Below, one piece after another: positions 1 to 13,130 of a stretch of DNA of 64,000 bases. The translations under genes were made by a program, and so were the position numbers. Under the pieces are notes generated by a model. The model did no database searches and was not told the origin of the DNA. It saw nothing but the letters and a program-made list of their open reading frames with translations. Source of the DNA: Podarcis melisellensis. Lineage: Eukaryota. Where the stretch lies: assembly GCA_964234715.1 (NCBI GenBank), contig OZ174278.1; one strand, written 5' to 3'. Within the stretch, counting starts at the first letter, position 1; each line of letters begins with the position of its first letter.

Positions 1-21
1 GCTCAGTTTATTGGTGTAAAC

Positions 22-529
22 CAGGGATGGGGAGTGGGGAACCTGATCTGACTGCTAGGCCAGATCCTTCTCCCCTAGTCCTCATAGGCAAATTTGTCAA
101 AAGGGCAAAAGTTGTCTAGCTTTCAATCACCTGATTCATCACACTGAAAAGGTGATGATCCTTGGAACTTCAAAGGACCACAGAGGGCTTGCAATGAGCC
201 CTGCATGGTGCTCTGAAGTGTTGCAGATCACCAGGCTTGAGGTCAGCTGATGGACAGAGACTTCAAGCCTGCTTTCTGCAGCAGTTGGCTACGCAACCCA
301 GTTTCCCATGGGGTAACTCTTGCGCAGCTGGTCCATAAGCCTTGAAATCACCACCCATTCACAGGTGGATATGCTGTTAATCGGCTGGTCCCACTTTCTT
401 TACCTGTCCCACATCTGACATAGACGTCACCAGGTGTAGCACGGATGGATGTAAAAGACTGGCAAAACAGCCTTGCGCATCAAATGCTAGGCCTGATTAG
501 GACTGCAGGCAGGAAGTTTCCCACTGCTG
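22..529. mobile_element. Degenerate hAT-like non-autonomous DNA transposon
   Basis: Begins CAGGGATGGGG...GAACCTG and ends ...TTCCCACTGCTG, resembling the termini of other hAT MITEs in the window. No clear TSD. Confidence 0.4.
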
Positions 530-3500
530 CCTTGTTAGCACTTAGCTAATAGTTGGCAGTATAAGTGACTTAATATTTAGACATAGTGCAGAATAGCCTC
601 ATTGAATCCAGCGCCTTGGGAGACGTTTTAAACTTAATCAGACACCAGAATAAACAGCAATAATATTTACTCATAGATACAAAGGGGAAGCAATTTGGAT
701 TCAGATAACAAGGTCTTTAATGCTGTGGATTCAGATAACAGGTCTGTACAATATTTCTTAGAGGGGGAAACAGAATTTTAAAAATGCAGAAACAAGCACA
801 TGTGAGGATTGCAAGCAATGAACATTACCTTGAGCCCTTCTCTTTTCAGTTTAGAGTACTGTGTTCTCACACAGTCTGGATGCTCCCTTACTTGTGAGAG
901 GCCACAAAGTTTTGGAGAGGGTTATATTGGTCTTCTCTTTTATACCAGGAGACTACCCCAACATCCATGCATTTGGAAACTAAGAAACAAAAGGGGGGTT
1001 CACCAATAGTATGTGAGTAGGTAAAGCTTTCTTCTTCTTCTTCCATGTTTCCATGCTAGAGAAGACTAACTTGTTGAACGTCTGTCTTGTACACAGCTGT
1101 TAAATGCAAGGGTGTCTTGCTCTTTTCCATTGCCAATCCTATATCCTGCAAAGAGCTCAGGTTTTATCAGTTGTAAACTAATTAGACTTTCACTAATTGC
1201 TCTTAGGAAGCAATACAACATTCTGTACAAAACAAGGCAAAGTGTTTCAGAAGGTTGTGTGTGTTAAAAGAGATTTAAGATTTACAGCAACCATGGTTCA
1301 GGTGCCCATGCTTGGATAAATTCAAGACTGAATTTTTAAACAGCAAGCCGTGCATTCTAAAAGCATTTCTTGCGGACGTTTATTTATACCTCATAATAAT
1401 TATAGCAATGTTATCAGCACAGGTCAAGAAGTCACCCTTTGGGGATGGAGCAGCTTTAGCAAAAGAGAGAGATTTGAGTCTTTGACATGAATATATACCC
1501 TTTTAAGTGTTTATATCGGCAGCAGCAACTCTCAAGAATCTGCCTATTTCACACCATGGGTGAGGAAAAAATGAATCACCACTCCCCCCATGTTGCTCCT
1601 AATATCAGCTTAATAGCCTTCTCTGCATTTTCTCTAAAGAACCCTAAGATACCAAGAGAATGGGTAATAGCACTGGACTGCCCTCAGTATTTGTCACAGC
1701 CCTCCCCTCCACCAACAGCAGTATAACTACACTGAGCTACTGTACTTGGCAGAGCTGATGTGGCCCATTTTCTCCCAACACCAGTACATACAGTACATAC
1801 TATAGAGTGGCTATAGGAGATTCAATACTAGTCCTACTCAAAATAGATCCATTGAAGTCAGTGGGCATGACTATGTCCAACTGGTGTACTCTGTGTAGGA
1901 TTTCAGAATAAGACCCATATTGATGAGGATCTTCATTTGAATTTGCATTGTTAAAGGTGTGTTTACACACAGAGATGGGGCATTCAATTAAACCTGAACT
2001 AGAAAGAGCATGAAATTCTGTCTCTGTGGCTATCTTTTGTTTTGGAGTAGTATGCTTCTCTTCCAGTCACAGCTACACTAAAATCCTGGATTTCTCAATT
2101 TTCTCAAACGGAACCAAGATCTTTCTTCTTCTTTGCTTTAATCTAGAGAAAAACATCCAGAGGCACACACCTACACACTGAGGAAGAGCTAAAAACAGCT
2201 TCAAAATGAATCAGGAAGTCCTCCATTATCTGGGAAAGAGACTTCCTGAAGACTTTATGAAGCCAGTTTTGCATTCTTCCTTGGGTGCCTGTATGACTAA
2301 TATTTTTCTACAGCACTCGTCAATCACAGCTCTGACTTCACCCATTAGCTAAGAACATTGAAATGTATAGACAAGCTCATTTCTCACCAAGCAATTGCTT
2401 ACTGCCTGCATATTTTGTTTTGCCTCCTTGTTTTGCTTCAGACCCCTCCTTTGGAAAGAGCTGGATACAGACTTTTTAATAAAAACAAAACAAATGAAAA
2501 CCCAGAATCTGGATGCTGTAAGACCAGCACAGCAGTAACCCCTGTTTCCGCTTCTTGGTAGGTATGTTTCTGAATCAGTAAGTAAATCACAGATCCAAAC
2601 CCTGCCAGTCCCCTCTTCCCCACTCTGAAAATGAGGACTTTCAGGTAAAGTGGAAATGGCTTAGAAAGCCATCCGATATATGTGTTTGAAAATGGCTTAT
2701 ACAAACACACCAGTAAAAATGATTTCTGCCGGGATAACAGCCTAAGTTGTTGTAATGACTGAACTAGCCTGCATGCATACTCAGTGCAAATTTGTATCAG
2801 AGCACGTGAAGGGAAACATAACACTGGAAGTGTATCTAACAACCATTAGCTAATCCAAGTCTGCTTGTGTGCTCACATAGCAGTGGTCTTAATTCTCTAC
2901 ATGCTGGTCCTTATTCAGGCAAATACAACAGGAAGATTTCCAATTTGGAGTATCATTTTTTTGGGGGGAGGGGGGACAACCAATGGTGAAAAAAATTCTT
3001 CCAAAACCGTTGCATAAAATGAAAAACAGAGTGTTGGTGTGGCTGAAACCTTGAGCAGAAGCAGACATTTGCAACAGTTTGTTACAGATCTGCTTGTATA
3101 TAAATATAATTTTTAAAAGAAACCAAATAGCGCTGCAAACTATTTATAAGGGCCACATCCTTCCAAATCAGGCTGATGTTTGCTTAGGAGAACCCTCTGG
3201 GTGAGAGTAATTCAGTTTAATTCAGTGAACAATTATCAACATGACAAGCTACGGAACCGCTGGCATGACAGGCGGACACAGAAGGGAAAAGGACTGGCAC
3301 TATTGGGATTTTCTCAGGTGTGAGTGGGAGCCCAACAGGATAAGATACAGTTTGGGGGTCTTTCTTTTCAGCCTGGCATAGCAGAACCACACAGAGCTGA
3401 TAGCATGGGGCTGCTATAAAAGAAACACATCATCACCCTCCCATCCCTGCTTCTACTGAGGCCATCTCCAGACTGTTGGTATTTTGCAGGAGGCATTCAA

Positions 3501-4573
3501 GCACGTACCAGGAAATGTAGGTTTGCATAATTAAAGTTGATTAAATTGCTTTGTCGCTATGGTGCACCAGATCCACTTTTTCAAATTAAAAAAGGGACTA
3601 TTTGCAGTTAGGTAGGTGCTGGGGAAATGCACTGAAAAGTGAAGGATGAATGACTGATTGCTGGGAAGATCTGCAAACACCATGCAAGCAAATCCAGATG
3701 GATGCTCATTGTTGTATAACCTCTCTGCAAACATCAGAACCAATGTTCAGTAATGACCTGATATAGACTAACCTGCACATATGCTTTGTGTAAGCAAATC
3801 AGGATGCTCAATAAATAGGACATCTGGAGGAGCCCTGAAATACTCTTAGTAATGGGACAGTCTTTTGTAACTGGCATACATTAATTGCACGCAGCCAGTT
3901 GCTAAACTGATTTCTCATCAGTGGGTTATGCACCAGGGTCTGCAGCTGCCCTGCTGTGCCTCATGCCCCTATGGAACCACAGGCAAAGCAAACAGCTTTG
4001 CTCATTGGCCCAATCTTTTTTTACTCCCCTGTATCGCTCTATGCCAACTCCTCTTTTGTTACTCTTCCTGCTGCATTATTTAAGTGAATATATATCTTCA
4101 TTATTGCTTTCCATCAGCCCTTCCCTTCAAGGTGGGGTTGCAGGGATAGAATGTAAGGGACATCTATTCAAAATAATCCACTGTACATGTGGGCTTGAGC
4201 ATACTGCAGTCATTAAAGAGAAGGCTGAACGCCTCAGGGCAGCCTGAAATAAGGTAGCTGATTTACTATTGTATTTTGCTCTGGGCAAGGATATTGCCAG
4301 ATACTGTACAAGAAACAGAACTTCAGTTTCAAGCTTTCCAAGGAAGGAGAAAACACACTACATATTGCACGAAGAGGTACGCTCTGAGCACCCATGTTTT
4401 TCTCTTTCTAAACCCAATCCTTTAAACATTATGGAGAGGCTTAACACGCACTTTGGAGTATCTGCAAGACTCTAGTGATAATTTAGGCAGCAACCAAGGT
4501 GGCATAGCTAGCACCCACCTGACATGGGTAGCTAGCTACACAATTAAGGAAGGTAAATGAATATTCCAACCTT

Positions 4574-4710
4574 GCTGCACAGTTATTAATTAAACAGGAT
4601 TTCACCCCAGAGGTGGAGGCATTTGTGTAATTAATGTAACCATCTGTGTACGTGGAGGTAGTTTTGCAAAGCACTTAGAAACCCTCTGAGATACAAATGT
4701 GAGATAGTGA
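4574..4710 (+). mobile_element. AmnSINE1-like ancient SINE, 3' fragment
   Basis: TTTCACCCCAGAGGTGGAGGCATTT ... TAGTTTTGCAAAGCACTT ... ATACAAATGTGAGATA is collinear with the AmnSINE1 3' region as I recall it. Confidence 0.55.
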
Positions 4711-5469
4711 TGAAGATGGTGATGGCAGCAGTGGAAGTTTTCCCTCTCTCTAATTGTGGGTTTTGTCTCTGAATACAGTGTCAAATGCTACCCCACTTGC
4801 ACAAGAGAAGACAGTGACATACTGGCAACCTTCACAATGTTTAGGCTGCACATATAAAGTCTTATTAATTATCTGAGTACATGAAGAATGTGGCCTTTCA
4901 GTTCCATTCATATCACCATGCTTGCAGTGAGGACGAGGGTAATGATACAACGTGTGATGTCAGTTAGCGAGGTCTGCATACAGAAACACATGAAGGCTGG
5001 TGAGTATAATGTAGCATTTGTGCCACACAATATCATGGAAACTAAGAACAAAAGGTAGACACAATTCCATAGTCTTCAACTCATCTTAGCACCCATCTCA
5101 AACACCCAACCTGCAACGTGGGACCCACTTTTACTTTGCCACCTTGCCTGAAATCGAATGTGCAGAAAATAAATCTGGGGAACAGTCATTTCCCTTAGAA
5201 CATAGTACAGGCAGCACTTTTCTTTGTTAGATGCTGTAGTTTGTGGGATTTATGGCTAGCAGCTTCTCTTACTCTGAAGCAATACCAAAAGTATTTTTCC
5301 CTTTTATTTTGCAATGCCTTGCCATTTTATTTATTTATTTCATCAATTTACTTAAGTAAAAAGTGACTAGTTTTCACTTTCACCCCAATTCCTGCCCCCT
5401 GCTTTTCTGCCACCCCATTGCCCAAGACAACTTGCAAGGTTCCCTGTGTGCAAAAGAGGCTCCTCTAAA

Positions 5470-5680
5470 CAAGGGCAGAGCATATTCCTCACTGGCAGAT
5501 TCTGGCAGGCTCATAAGGGTAGAAGCGGTATTGCAGTCCGGAGCCATTTAAGACTTTATTGGTCAAATCCAGTACTTTGAATTTGGCCTGAGAACTAACT
5601 GGTAGCCAGTGTAGTCAGGCCAGGATTGGTGTAATATGCTCAAACCATCTTGCCCCAGCGAGTAACCTGGCTGCCGAATC
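5470..5680 (-). mobile_element. L2 LINE fragment (ORF2 3' part)
   Basis: CCAGTACTTTGAATTTGGCCTGAGAACTAACTGGTAGCCAGTG...AACCTGGCTGCCGAAT is typical antisense squamate L2 sequence. Confidence 0.65.
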
Positions 5681-6895
5681 TCCCCTGTGATGATACGCAT
5701 TGGTAAGAAGAGGCATGACAAGTCTGGAATTAGGAGGATTCAAAGCTATGAACTTCATCTGCCTGTATTCCTCAACTTTGGTTTCCTGCTTCCTAAATGT
5801 TGGGACTGGACTTCTTATTCAATCCATATCTAAGACCTTATTAAAGTGCTGTGCCAGCATCCCAATAATCTTTGGGAAAGGAGCTTGTCATAGTCGTATC
5901 TTTTGTCACACTGTGCTGGCTTTTTTCCAGTCAGTTCCAGAGATGGGTAGCCAATGGAGAACTTCAACAGCATCCCGTAATAACATCCATACCAACAGTA
6001 TTGTTACACATGGATGCTGGACATTCACGTTCAGTTTTGCTCACGTAAGGACATGTCTGTTTATGGAACAGCCTTTTCTCCCCCTCCCTCTGCAGTCTAT
6101 TCCATCCCCAAACCATCAGACCTACTTTGCAGGTCTTCCCAGAGCTGCCGACTGTCAGAACAACTTCAGCTGCAGCAGCGATGGGCCCCATGCCACCAGC
6201 AGCATCCATGGCCTTCCAGCGGCTGACAAGGACTAATTAGGAAATGAAACATTAGTTAAGTCGCTCTCAATTAGGGCTGGGATAACGTTTTCCTGGCAGC
6301 ACTGGGGCGCTTTAACTGCTGGTCCCACGATGACGGTGAGCACATCAGACTTGCTGAAGGAGCTTTAATGTTTAACATATGTTGGAGGATTACAGAAAAC
6401 CTTTCAGCTGTGACATTTTCTGTGTGCTCCCTGCTTTTTCTATCCCCTGCAGCAAACAGTGAATGGTGAAAGCTACAGCAAAAGAAAGGCACTCAAAGCA
6501 ATTGCCAACGAGGGGGGGGGGGGAACCCACCACACATTTTAATGCATGCTTGTGATGAAGAGTCATCTCTCCTCCTTGCAAAAACCAAACCAACAAGTCT
6601 CTAGCCGAGACCAAGCTCTGATACGTTTCCTATTACCAAAGCATTAAAAAATGGGGAGGTCAAGAGAGAGGTGAGGTTTGAATTTCAACAAAAAACAGAT
6701 GTAAAGGACCTCAGAGAACAGAAAGCAATAAGCAAAAACCTAATCCCCACGAATGGCATATTTTTTAAAAAGCTTGTTACCATAGAGGAAAATTTTATTT
6801 GGGGTGGGGTATAATAGAGAACTAAAATCTCTATGTTCAAACACACAGGCTTTTCATGCAGTGGTACAGCTTGTATGAGATGTGATAGCAGAAAT

Positions 6896-6990
6896 TAATA
6901 ATAATAATAATAATTTATTATTTATACCCCGCCCATCTGGCTGAGTCTCCCCAGCCACTCTGGGCGGCTCCCAATCAGTGTTAAAAACAG
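6896..6990 (-). mobile_element. L2 LINE 3' tail with (AAT)n
   Basis: (AAT)n followed by TTTATACCCCGCCCATCTGGCTG...CCAGCCACTCTGGGCGGCTCCCAA. A related tail occurs at ~48410-48470. Confidence 0.65.
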
Positions 6991-7194
6991 TACAGCATTA
7001 CAGCAGTACAGCATTAAGCATAATTGGAAGTGAAGATTCAGATTCCAGGCTCCCTTGGAAAGATGCATTAATCATAGCTCAAGGGTAATATTGTTAAATA
7101 TTTATTATTAGTACTAGTAGTATTTTTTACATTTATAAGTCACTTTAGACAAAAGGGAAAGTCTCAAAGTGACCTAAAAAGACAAGGCAAGATA

Positions 7195-7350
7195 AAACAT
7201 GAAGAGCACATGTTCTGCAGGCAGAGGGTCTCAAGATCAATCACTATCATCTCCGGTTGGAAGGATCAAGTAGTAGTATGAAAGAGCTCCCTCTGCCTGA
7301 GACCCTACAAAGCTGGACAAATAGTCCAATGAAAAACAACTTAGCTATGG
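7195..7350 (+). mobile_element. Degenerate tRNA-derived SINE
   Basis: GAAGAGCACATGTTCTGCAGGCAGAGGGTCTCAAGATCAATC...CTGCCTGAGACCCT is similar to the copy at 27163-27350. Confidence 0.5.
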
Positions 7351-7454
7351 GGCTGGGGCACTGAAGATCACACCTGCATTCAAATGTAACCCTCTCCTTT
7401 GATTTTGGCCCATTCCATAGATTGCAGGATGGACTTGGCTGTGCAATGGCAACT

Positions 7455-7580
7455 GTAGAACAGGGATTGGGAGTCTGGTCATGAAGTTCAAATTAGTTCA
7501 CTAGATGGGTTTAACATATCTCTCAGCCTAACACATCTCACAGGGTTGTTGTGAGAGTTTGTGAGAAGGACGCACTGCAA
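7455..7580 (+). mobile_element. MIR/CORE-type SINE fragment
   Basis: TCTCTCAGCCTAACACATCTCACAGGGTTGTTGTGAG is a MIR-like core/3' motif. Confidence 0.55.
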
Positions 7581-7721
7581 AGTGTGCCTTGTGTAGTTTG
7601 ACTATGAATAAGAGAAACTGAAGTCAATTGGAGCTTTTCTGCTAACAGCAAACCTAGATGTGATGTTAACTACTGTATGTCTCCAATAAATTTACTTCTC
7701 TGGGTGGACATGCAAGGGATT

Positions 7722-7791
7722 GTGCTATTACTGCATCTGATTGTGAAGGTGATTAGTGCTATTGTTGCATCTCATTGTGAAGGTGATTAGT
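7722..7791. repeat. 34-bp tandem duplication (2 diverged copies)
   Basis: GTGCTATTACTGCATCTGATTGTGAAGGTGATTA followed by GTGCTATTGTTGCATCTCATTGTGAAGGTGATTA. Confidence 0.85.
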
Positions 7792-8717
7792 ATCTGCTGT
7801 TTTTTATTCTTTTTTCCAAAACTATGTTATGTTGATTTCATAGGGTGCTCTCTATCTCTTGAATTATGCAATATAACAAACACATGTTCCGTATTTGCTG
7901 TATGCAAAATAATTCAACATTTTGTAAATGTCTCCAGAGTTCCCAACTCAATGCCTCCTCCCAAGACCTCTCCACATACAGCATATCAGGGAGACTAGAT
8001 GCCTGGGAAATTCATGCCTGCTATCCCTACTCTAACTTCTGAGTATTCACCTACCTTTTCTGTACAGTGTTGTGTTTACAAGCTGTATGTGCATAGGCTT
8101 TGTATGCAGAATCTGTTCCCTGCAGCGTACAAATCATGCAGGCAGATCCTATATGTGTTCAGCTTCTGCACAGACAATGAGATTAATTTTCAGTGGTTTG
8201 GGTGGGGTCACATTCTCTCTGGTAAGTCAGTAGGGCTCCACTAGATTCTGATTGAAAGGGGGAAGATAGTTCCTCCCCTTTGTCCCTTTCCTGAGGTCCT
8301 GTTTCTAAAATCCCCCAAAAGACCATTGATTTCATCAAGTGTTTTCTACACAAATGTCTTCAGAATTTTCCAAGTGAAACGTCATTCATTGATATTGTTC
8401 TGGATTCCTTTAAGTTCAATTGAAGCTTTTCATTAGATTGCGATGATCTCATAGGATTACAGAACTTGCTTCAGATGCAAAAGGTCAAAAATTCACAGCA
8501 GTGCCACAGCTTCACGAAGTTCACACACTATTGTTTCCAGAACAGGATCCTGATTTGACGATTATCTTTTCTTTTTCTGTAAATAAAATGTATGTCTACG
8601 TGACTACTTGGCTAACTATGAACTTTAATATTCCTAAACAGGCAAACCTTTCTTCAGAATCAATTGTAGAAGGCCCTGAGACAGGTTTGTGTGTGTGTAA
8701 ATATTTAACAAAATTTA

Positions 8718-8856
8718 AGAAGCGGCTTAGTCATGCTGGCCACATGACCCAGAAGCTGGATGCCGGCTCCCTTGGCCAATAAAGCAAGATGAGCGCCGCA
8801 AACTCAGAGTTGGTCACGACTGGACCTAATGGTCAAGGGTTCCCTTTACCTTTACC
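8718..8856 (+). mobile_element. Sauria SINE, 5'-truncated
   Basis: GTCATGCTGGCCACATGACC...GATGAGCGCC...CCTTTACCTTTACC tail. Matches the 3' half of the copy at 56093. Confidence 0.85.
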
Positions 8857-9709
8857 AAACTTAAACTTGCACCTTCTTACAATTTCTAGTGGATGATTAC
8901 CCTACTGTAAATGCATTATCTGTTAGTGTCAGAAAAGTTAGCTGATAAAAAAAATAAATTAAAAGAGGAAAAGGGTTTTTCCACAACTTCCATTTCTCCC
9001 ATTAATGAAACTTCATTGAGAAAGACTGAATGGCTCCCTTTGTGGGCAGGATAAATTTACCTGCATTAGCAAATACACTTTTCTTTCAGTAAGCATGAAT
9101 ACATTTCCATTGGCAAGAGACTCAAAAGTCACACAAGTTACTTTTACTACTGAAAATTTCTAAATGATTCTGTAAAATTTTAATTTGGCTGCATTCACAT
9201 GCATAGTAAGCTTGGTTTATGAAACCATACAGTTTGTGAATTGTTTGATAGTACAGCTACCCTGGATACTCCCACTTTTTCACTTTGCAGGAGTGTGTAA
9301 ACAAACGACAATGGGACTAGTTTAACGTTATGCCCAAATCTAGGATTGTGATTTATTTCTACCCCAACAAACCACAACAAACTAATAGTGATTATCATTT
9401 TGGCAAAATCATCTACAATTCCAGGGTTGGATATAATGCTTAGCTAGTCCCTTTGTGGGTTGCTTACTCACTTGTACAATGGAAGGAGTGAAGTGGCAGT
9501 GCTTGAGTTGCATGGACTAGCACTCAGCTTGTGCACAGTATGGATCAATAAACAAGGGTTTGTGACTTAGCATTATGTGCAAACATGGCCATCATCTACG
9601 GTTACCTATTTCTACAAAGGTCATCTGTTCCAGAGGTATAAGGAAAAGACACATCCAGGCAATTATGTTTCACACCTTAAGGAGACATCCCTCTCCATTT
9701 CCTCACTTG

Positions 9710-10090
9710 CTTTCGGATGCTTGAGGAATTCCATCAAATTCTGATATGAATTTATCTGATCCATGCTAATGGGCAAATCAGAATATCTCTGCCTATCAAA
9801 TTTTGCATTTATCTGAATGTTATTATGCAACTCCTGCCTCTATATATCAAGATGTCTTTTAAAATGAGTATTTTGACATTAAATGCATTTAGAAAACGTG
9901 TGTTTTGAAAGAAAAACATGTTTATAAATATATATTGAGAAAATGGATTCAAAATTTCTTATTTAAATACATATTTAGATGCAAATTTTCATGCAGGTTT
10001 TTTTTTTTTAAAAAAACCCCGCCAATTAATGTGGAAATGAGAGAAAAATGCAAGAGTGACACAGAATGGAAACAAACTGATCTTAATCTA
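9710..10090. mobile_element. Degenerate AT-rich DNA-transposon-like repeat
   Basis: TGTGGAAATG and TTTTCATG motifs are the reverse complement of motifs in the elements at 29479 and 60314. Confidence 0.35.
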
Positions 10091-11216
10091 CTGTTTTAAG
10101 GTTTAGGTGTAAGGGGTGGTTAGAGAGGGATGTAAGAGACTAGTTAGTTACAACCAGTCATTAAAAAAGGAAATGGAACATTGTGTTTTAATCTAATTAT
10201 TCAGCTTAAAATTTCTACACTACGTTGCCCTGAGCCACCCAAATATAAAGCATAAATATATAACATGTCACCCAAAGGTTAACTATTTTTATTTCCCAAG
10301 ATGACTAGATACCAATCCATCACCAGAGGCACTTTTAAACCACAGCCATTTATTCAAACAAATGAATTGGTTTTAGCTGAAGCATGGCTAATGGGAACTG
10401 TAAATTAGCTCGCTCAAGAATAGCCACAAAGCCTGCCAGATGGGACACTGAAAGAGAAATGAACATGTGTGTCATCATGTACGGAAATCACATCAGGAGA
10501 TCGGCTGCAGTTGCAAAGAGAGGAAGCATGTCTATAATTGTCCAAAAGCACTTTATTCCTTTAATGCTGCTTCCATGATTTGAACACACTTGAGGAGACA
10601 AAAGAGGGTGGGGAAAGCAGCTGAATTATTAATTCTGTGCAGACCTGGATAGTTTAGGAATATCGAGGACTTCAAATAACTCATGGAAAGAAGGCAGCTA
10701 GACAACTTCATCAGGGTCCAGTAACGCATGAAATATGAGCCCAGGAGTGAAGATTCCCTGGCATAGGTGGAAGATAGGGCAGTTTGAAGGAAAAACAGAA
10801 GGGAAGGCAGGGGTCTTAAGAGGTCACCGGTAAAAAGGCAGTAGAGGAAAAATTAGCAATGGTAATAACTTGCTACTCCTGAGGGGAAGAAGAGACTTCT
10901 GATACATTTCTGGATTCCATCTGTTACTTTTTACACATGAAAAGAAAACTATTTACAAATACATATAATGTCATCTGCACATCAAACAGGAGACAGGTAG
11001 CCTCATAGTGTAGTGATGGAATGAGGAGCTATCAGCACTGTTCTGCTTTATGGAAATGGGTGTTCTGTTTTAGATGTCAGGGGCTGCAATGGAACCTTCC
11101 ATGTTGACAGGTGTCAGAAAGTGCATATCCCTTATGATCTAACCTACCAGGCAATGCCAACACAGCATTGGATTCCTTCCCTATGGAGGCAAAAACAAAC
11201 TAAGATCCATATGTGA

Positions 11217-11319
11217 CAGGGGTGGGGAAACTGTGGCTCTCCAGATGCTGTTGGACTCCAGGTCCCATCAGCCTAAGCAAGCATGGGGCAAATGTTAGGG
11301 GTGATGGGAGGTATAGTCT
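11217..11319. mobile_element. Palindromic hAT (Charlie-type) MITE, partial
   Basis: CAGGGGTGGGGAAACTGTGGCTCTCCAGATGCTGTTGGACT...CCCATCA...TGATGGGAG. Same family as the copies at 30139, 31163 and 59094. Confidence 0.7.
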
Positions 11320-11879
11320 TTGCTGCAAGACCTGCTCCCTGCTTGACTGGCCTTTTCCTATCTGGCCTGGTACACACTGGCTGCAAAACTTCTGCTGCTG
11401 CCAAAGGAACCAGAGACCACCCTTGCTTTGTCCTGCAAGACCTGCTGCTCAATCTGTCTAGAGACCATTGGGGTGGGGTATTGTTTGGGAGTTTTTGCTG
11501 GGGTCAAGATTTAATTTTTGAAATATTTAAATTTTGGTGTTATTGGTATTGTGTGTTTATACTGTACCTTTCTTTATAGACCTCATTATGTGAGGATTGT
11601 TTAGTTTCATTGCATACCTATTGTGATGTTTTTATTTACTGTTTATGACTACTTAAATGTTATTTTTGTAGTTCTGTAAATCTTTCAATATTGTACGCTA
11701 ACAAGCATGCTTTAACTTTGGAAAGGTGGCGAACAAATAAACAATGATGAAGATAGTCCAGCAACATCTGGAGGACCTGAGTTTTTCTATATGACAAAAG
11801 TGACCAGGGCAATAATTGTCTGATCACAGATATCCCCTTACTGAATGCTCCAGCTGGAATTTGCCATTCAGCATCATAT

Positions 11880-12070
11880 GCTTTTGGATAAGACTGATGA
11901 TCTACAAACAATCTGCTTTGAAATCTGGTTCAGCACTGAAACCACTTTGGTTGCCCTGATGCTGGGATAAAGACAGGGAGAGTATGATCTTGTTAATTCT
12001 CCTAGCTCTCTTAGGTGCTTTTGACACCATCAAGCTTGGCATCTTTCTGGGTTGAGGACTGGGTGCTCCT
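11880..12070 (+). mobile_element. L2 LINE reverse-transcriptase remnant
   Basis: Translates in part to STETTLVAL and ILLILLALLGAFDTI, matching the L2 RT motifs STETAL and LLDLSAAFDTI. The frame is disrupted. Confidence 0.8.
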
Positions 12071-12689
12071 AACATCATTGAGCTCCTCTGCATGTTTTAT
12101 TTTCTCAGGTAAGCACTCCTTGTTCCACTCCCACAGCCTTCCTTTAGCATAGATTCCCTGCCTTATGGAATTTCTTCTCCACTCTCTGCAACCCACTATT
12201 GGGGGTTTCTTGGCCCTGTGACCTTCGTTTCCAACTCCTGCTACTTCTGTTCCTTCCCTTCTGAGGTAAAGCTTCTCTCCAGCTCATCCCTCTGTCCCTG
12301 TGCTCCTCCAGGCTCTTTCTCTTGCAAAATCTCCTTTCTCTACCCTCCACCTTTCTGACTCCGGCCTCTCCAGAGCTATCACCCTACCTGCTTTGTCTCT
12401 CTCAGTTTGGGACTCTCCTGGGAAGTGCAGCCAGCTGCATTTTTATTCTTCAACCATGTGCACATTCCTCAGTTCTGACTGTGGTGCCGGGAGGATGCCT
12501 CCCTTCCGGAAGGTTCATCAATCCTGCTGGCAGCTGTGGAGCTGGTTCCTGACATGGATTATCACCCAATAACAATCTGATTTAATAACATGTCCATTGG
12601 TTAAGACTTCCTCTGTACCTTGGGCATTTTGTGCCTGGCTTATGCCAACTTTAGTACTCGTACCTATTTTCATCTCACCCGGTGTACCA

Positions 12690-13130
12690 GTGGATATATC
12701 ACTGTCTAAATAAATCTCCAGTCCTGTTTGAATCTCATTAATCACTTAGCCTCAATTACATCTCTTGACAGTGAGTTCCACCGATGCACGTTTACGCACT
12801 GTGTACAAGTACACTTCCTTTACAAAGCTACATTTTTAATATTTAAATTTAATTGATGTTCCTTTTTTTGTGTTCTGCTCGGAAAGTAAACAGAAGCTGT
12901 TGATTGACCTTCACGATTCTGTTCATTATTTTCACACCTCTATCACGTCTCCTCTTATTTGTCTCTGCTGAAGTAAATACGACTAATCTTCTTAATCTCT
13001 CTTTATAAGGAAGCCTGTTAAAGACTCTAATCATCCCCATTGCCCTTCTCTTAGTTCTTTCTATTTTTACTGTCTATCCTTTTGGAGACAGGGTGTGTGT
13101 AGCATCTTTGAGCATAGTATACAAAACACT
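12690..13130 (-). mobile_element. CR1 LINE ORF2 C-terminus remnant
   Basis: The ORF at 12849-13040(-) reads MIRVFNRLPYKERLRRL...VKIMNRIVKVN, matching CR1 'MIRGLEHLPYEERLKRL...YKIM'. Confidence 0.8.

Noticed and set aside
892-979. Possible minus-strand exon (CTTTTGTTTCTTAG acceptor, AA|GTAAGG donor)
   Set aside because: It is 88 nt with only one open frame, the peptide is unrecognisable and there are no partner exons. Such matches are expected by chance in 64 kb.
5700-6236. 178-aa ORF (+)
   Set aside because: Non-ATG start, no domain resemblance and a composition typical of translated non-coding DNA.
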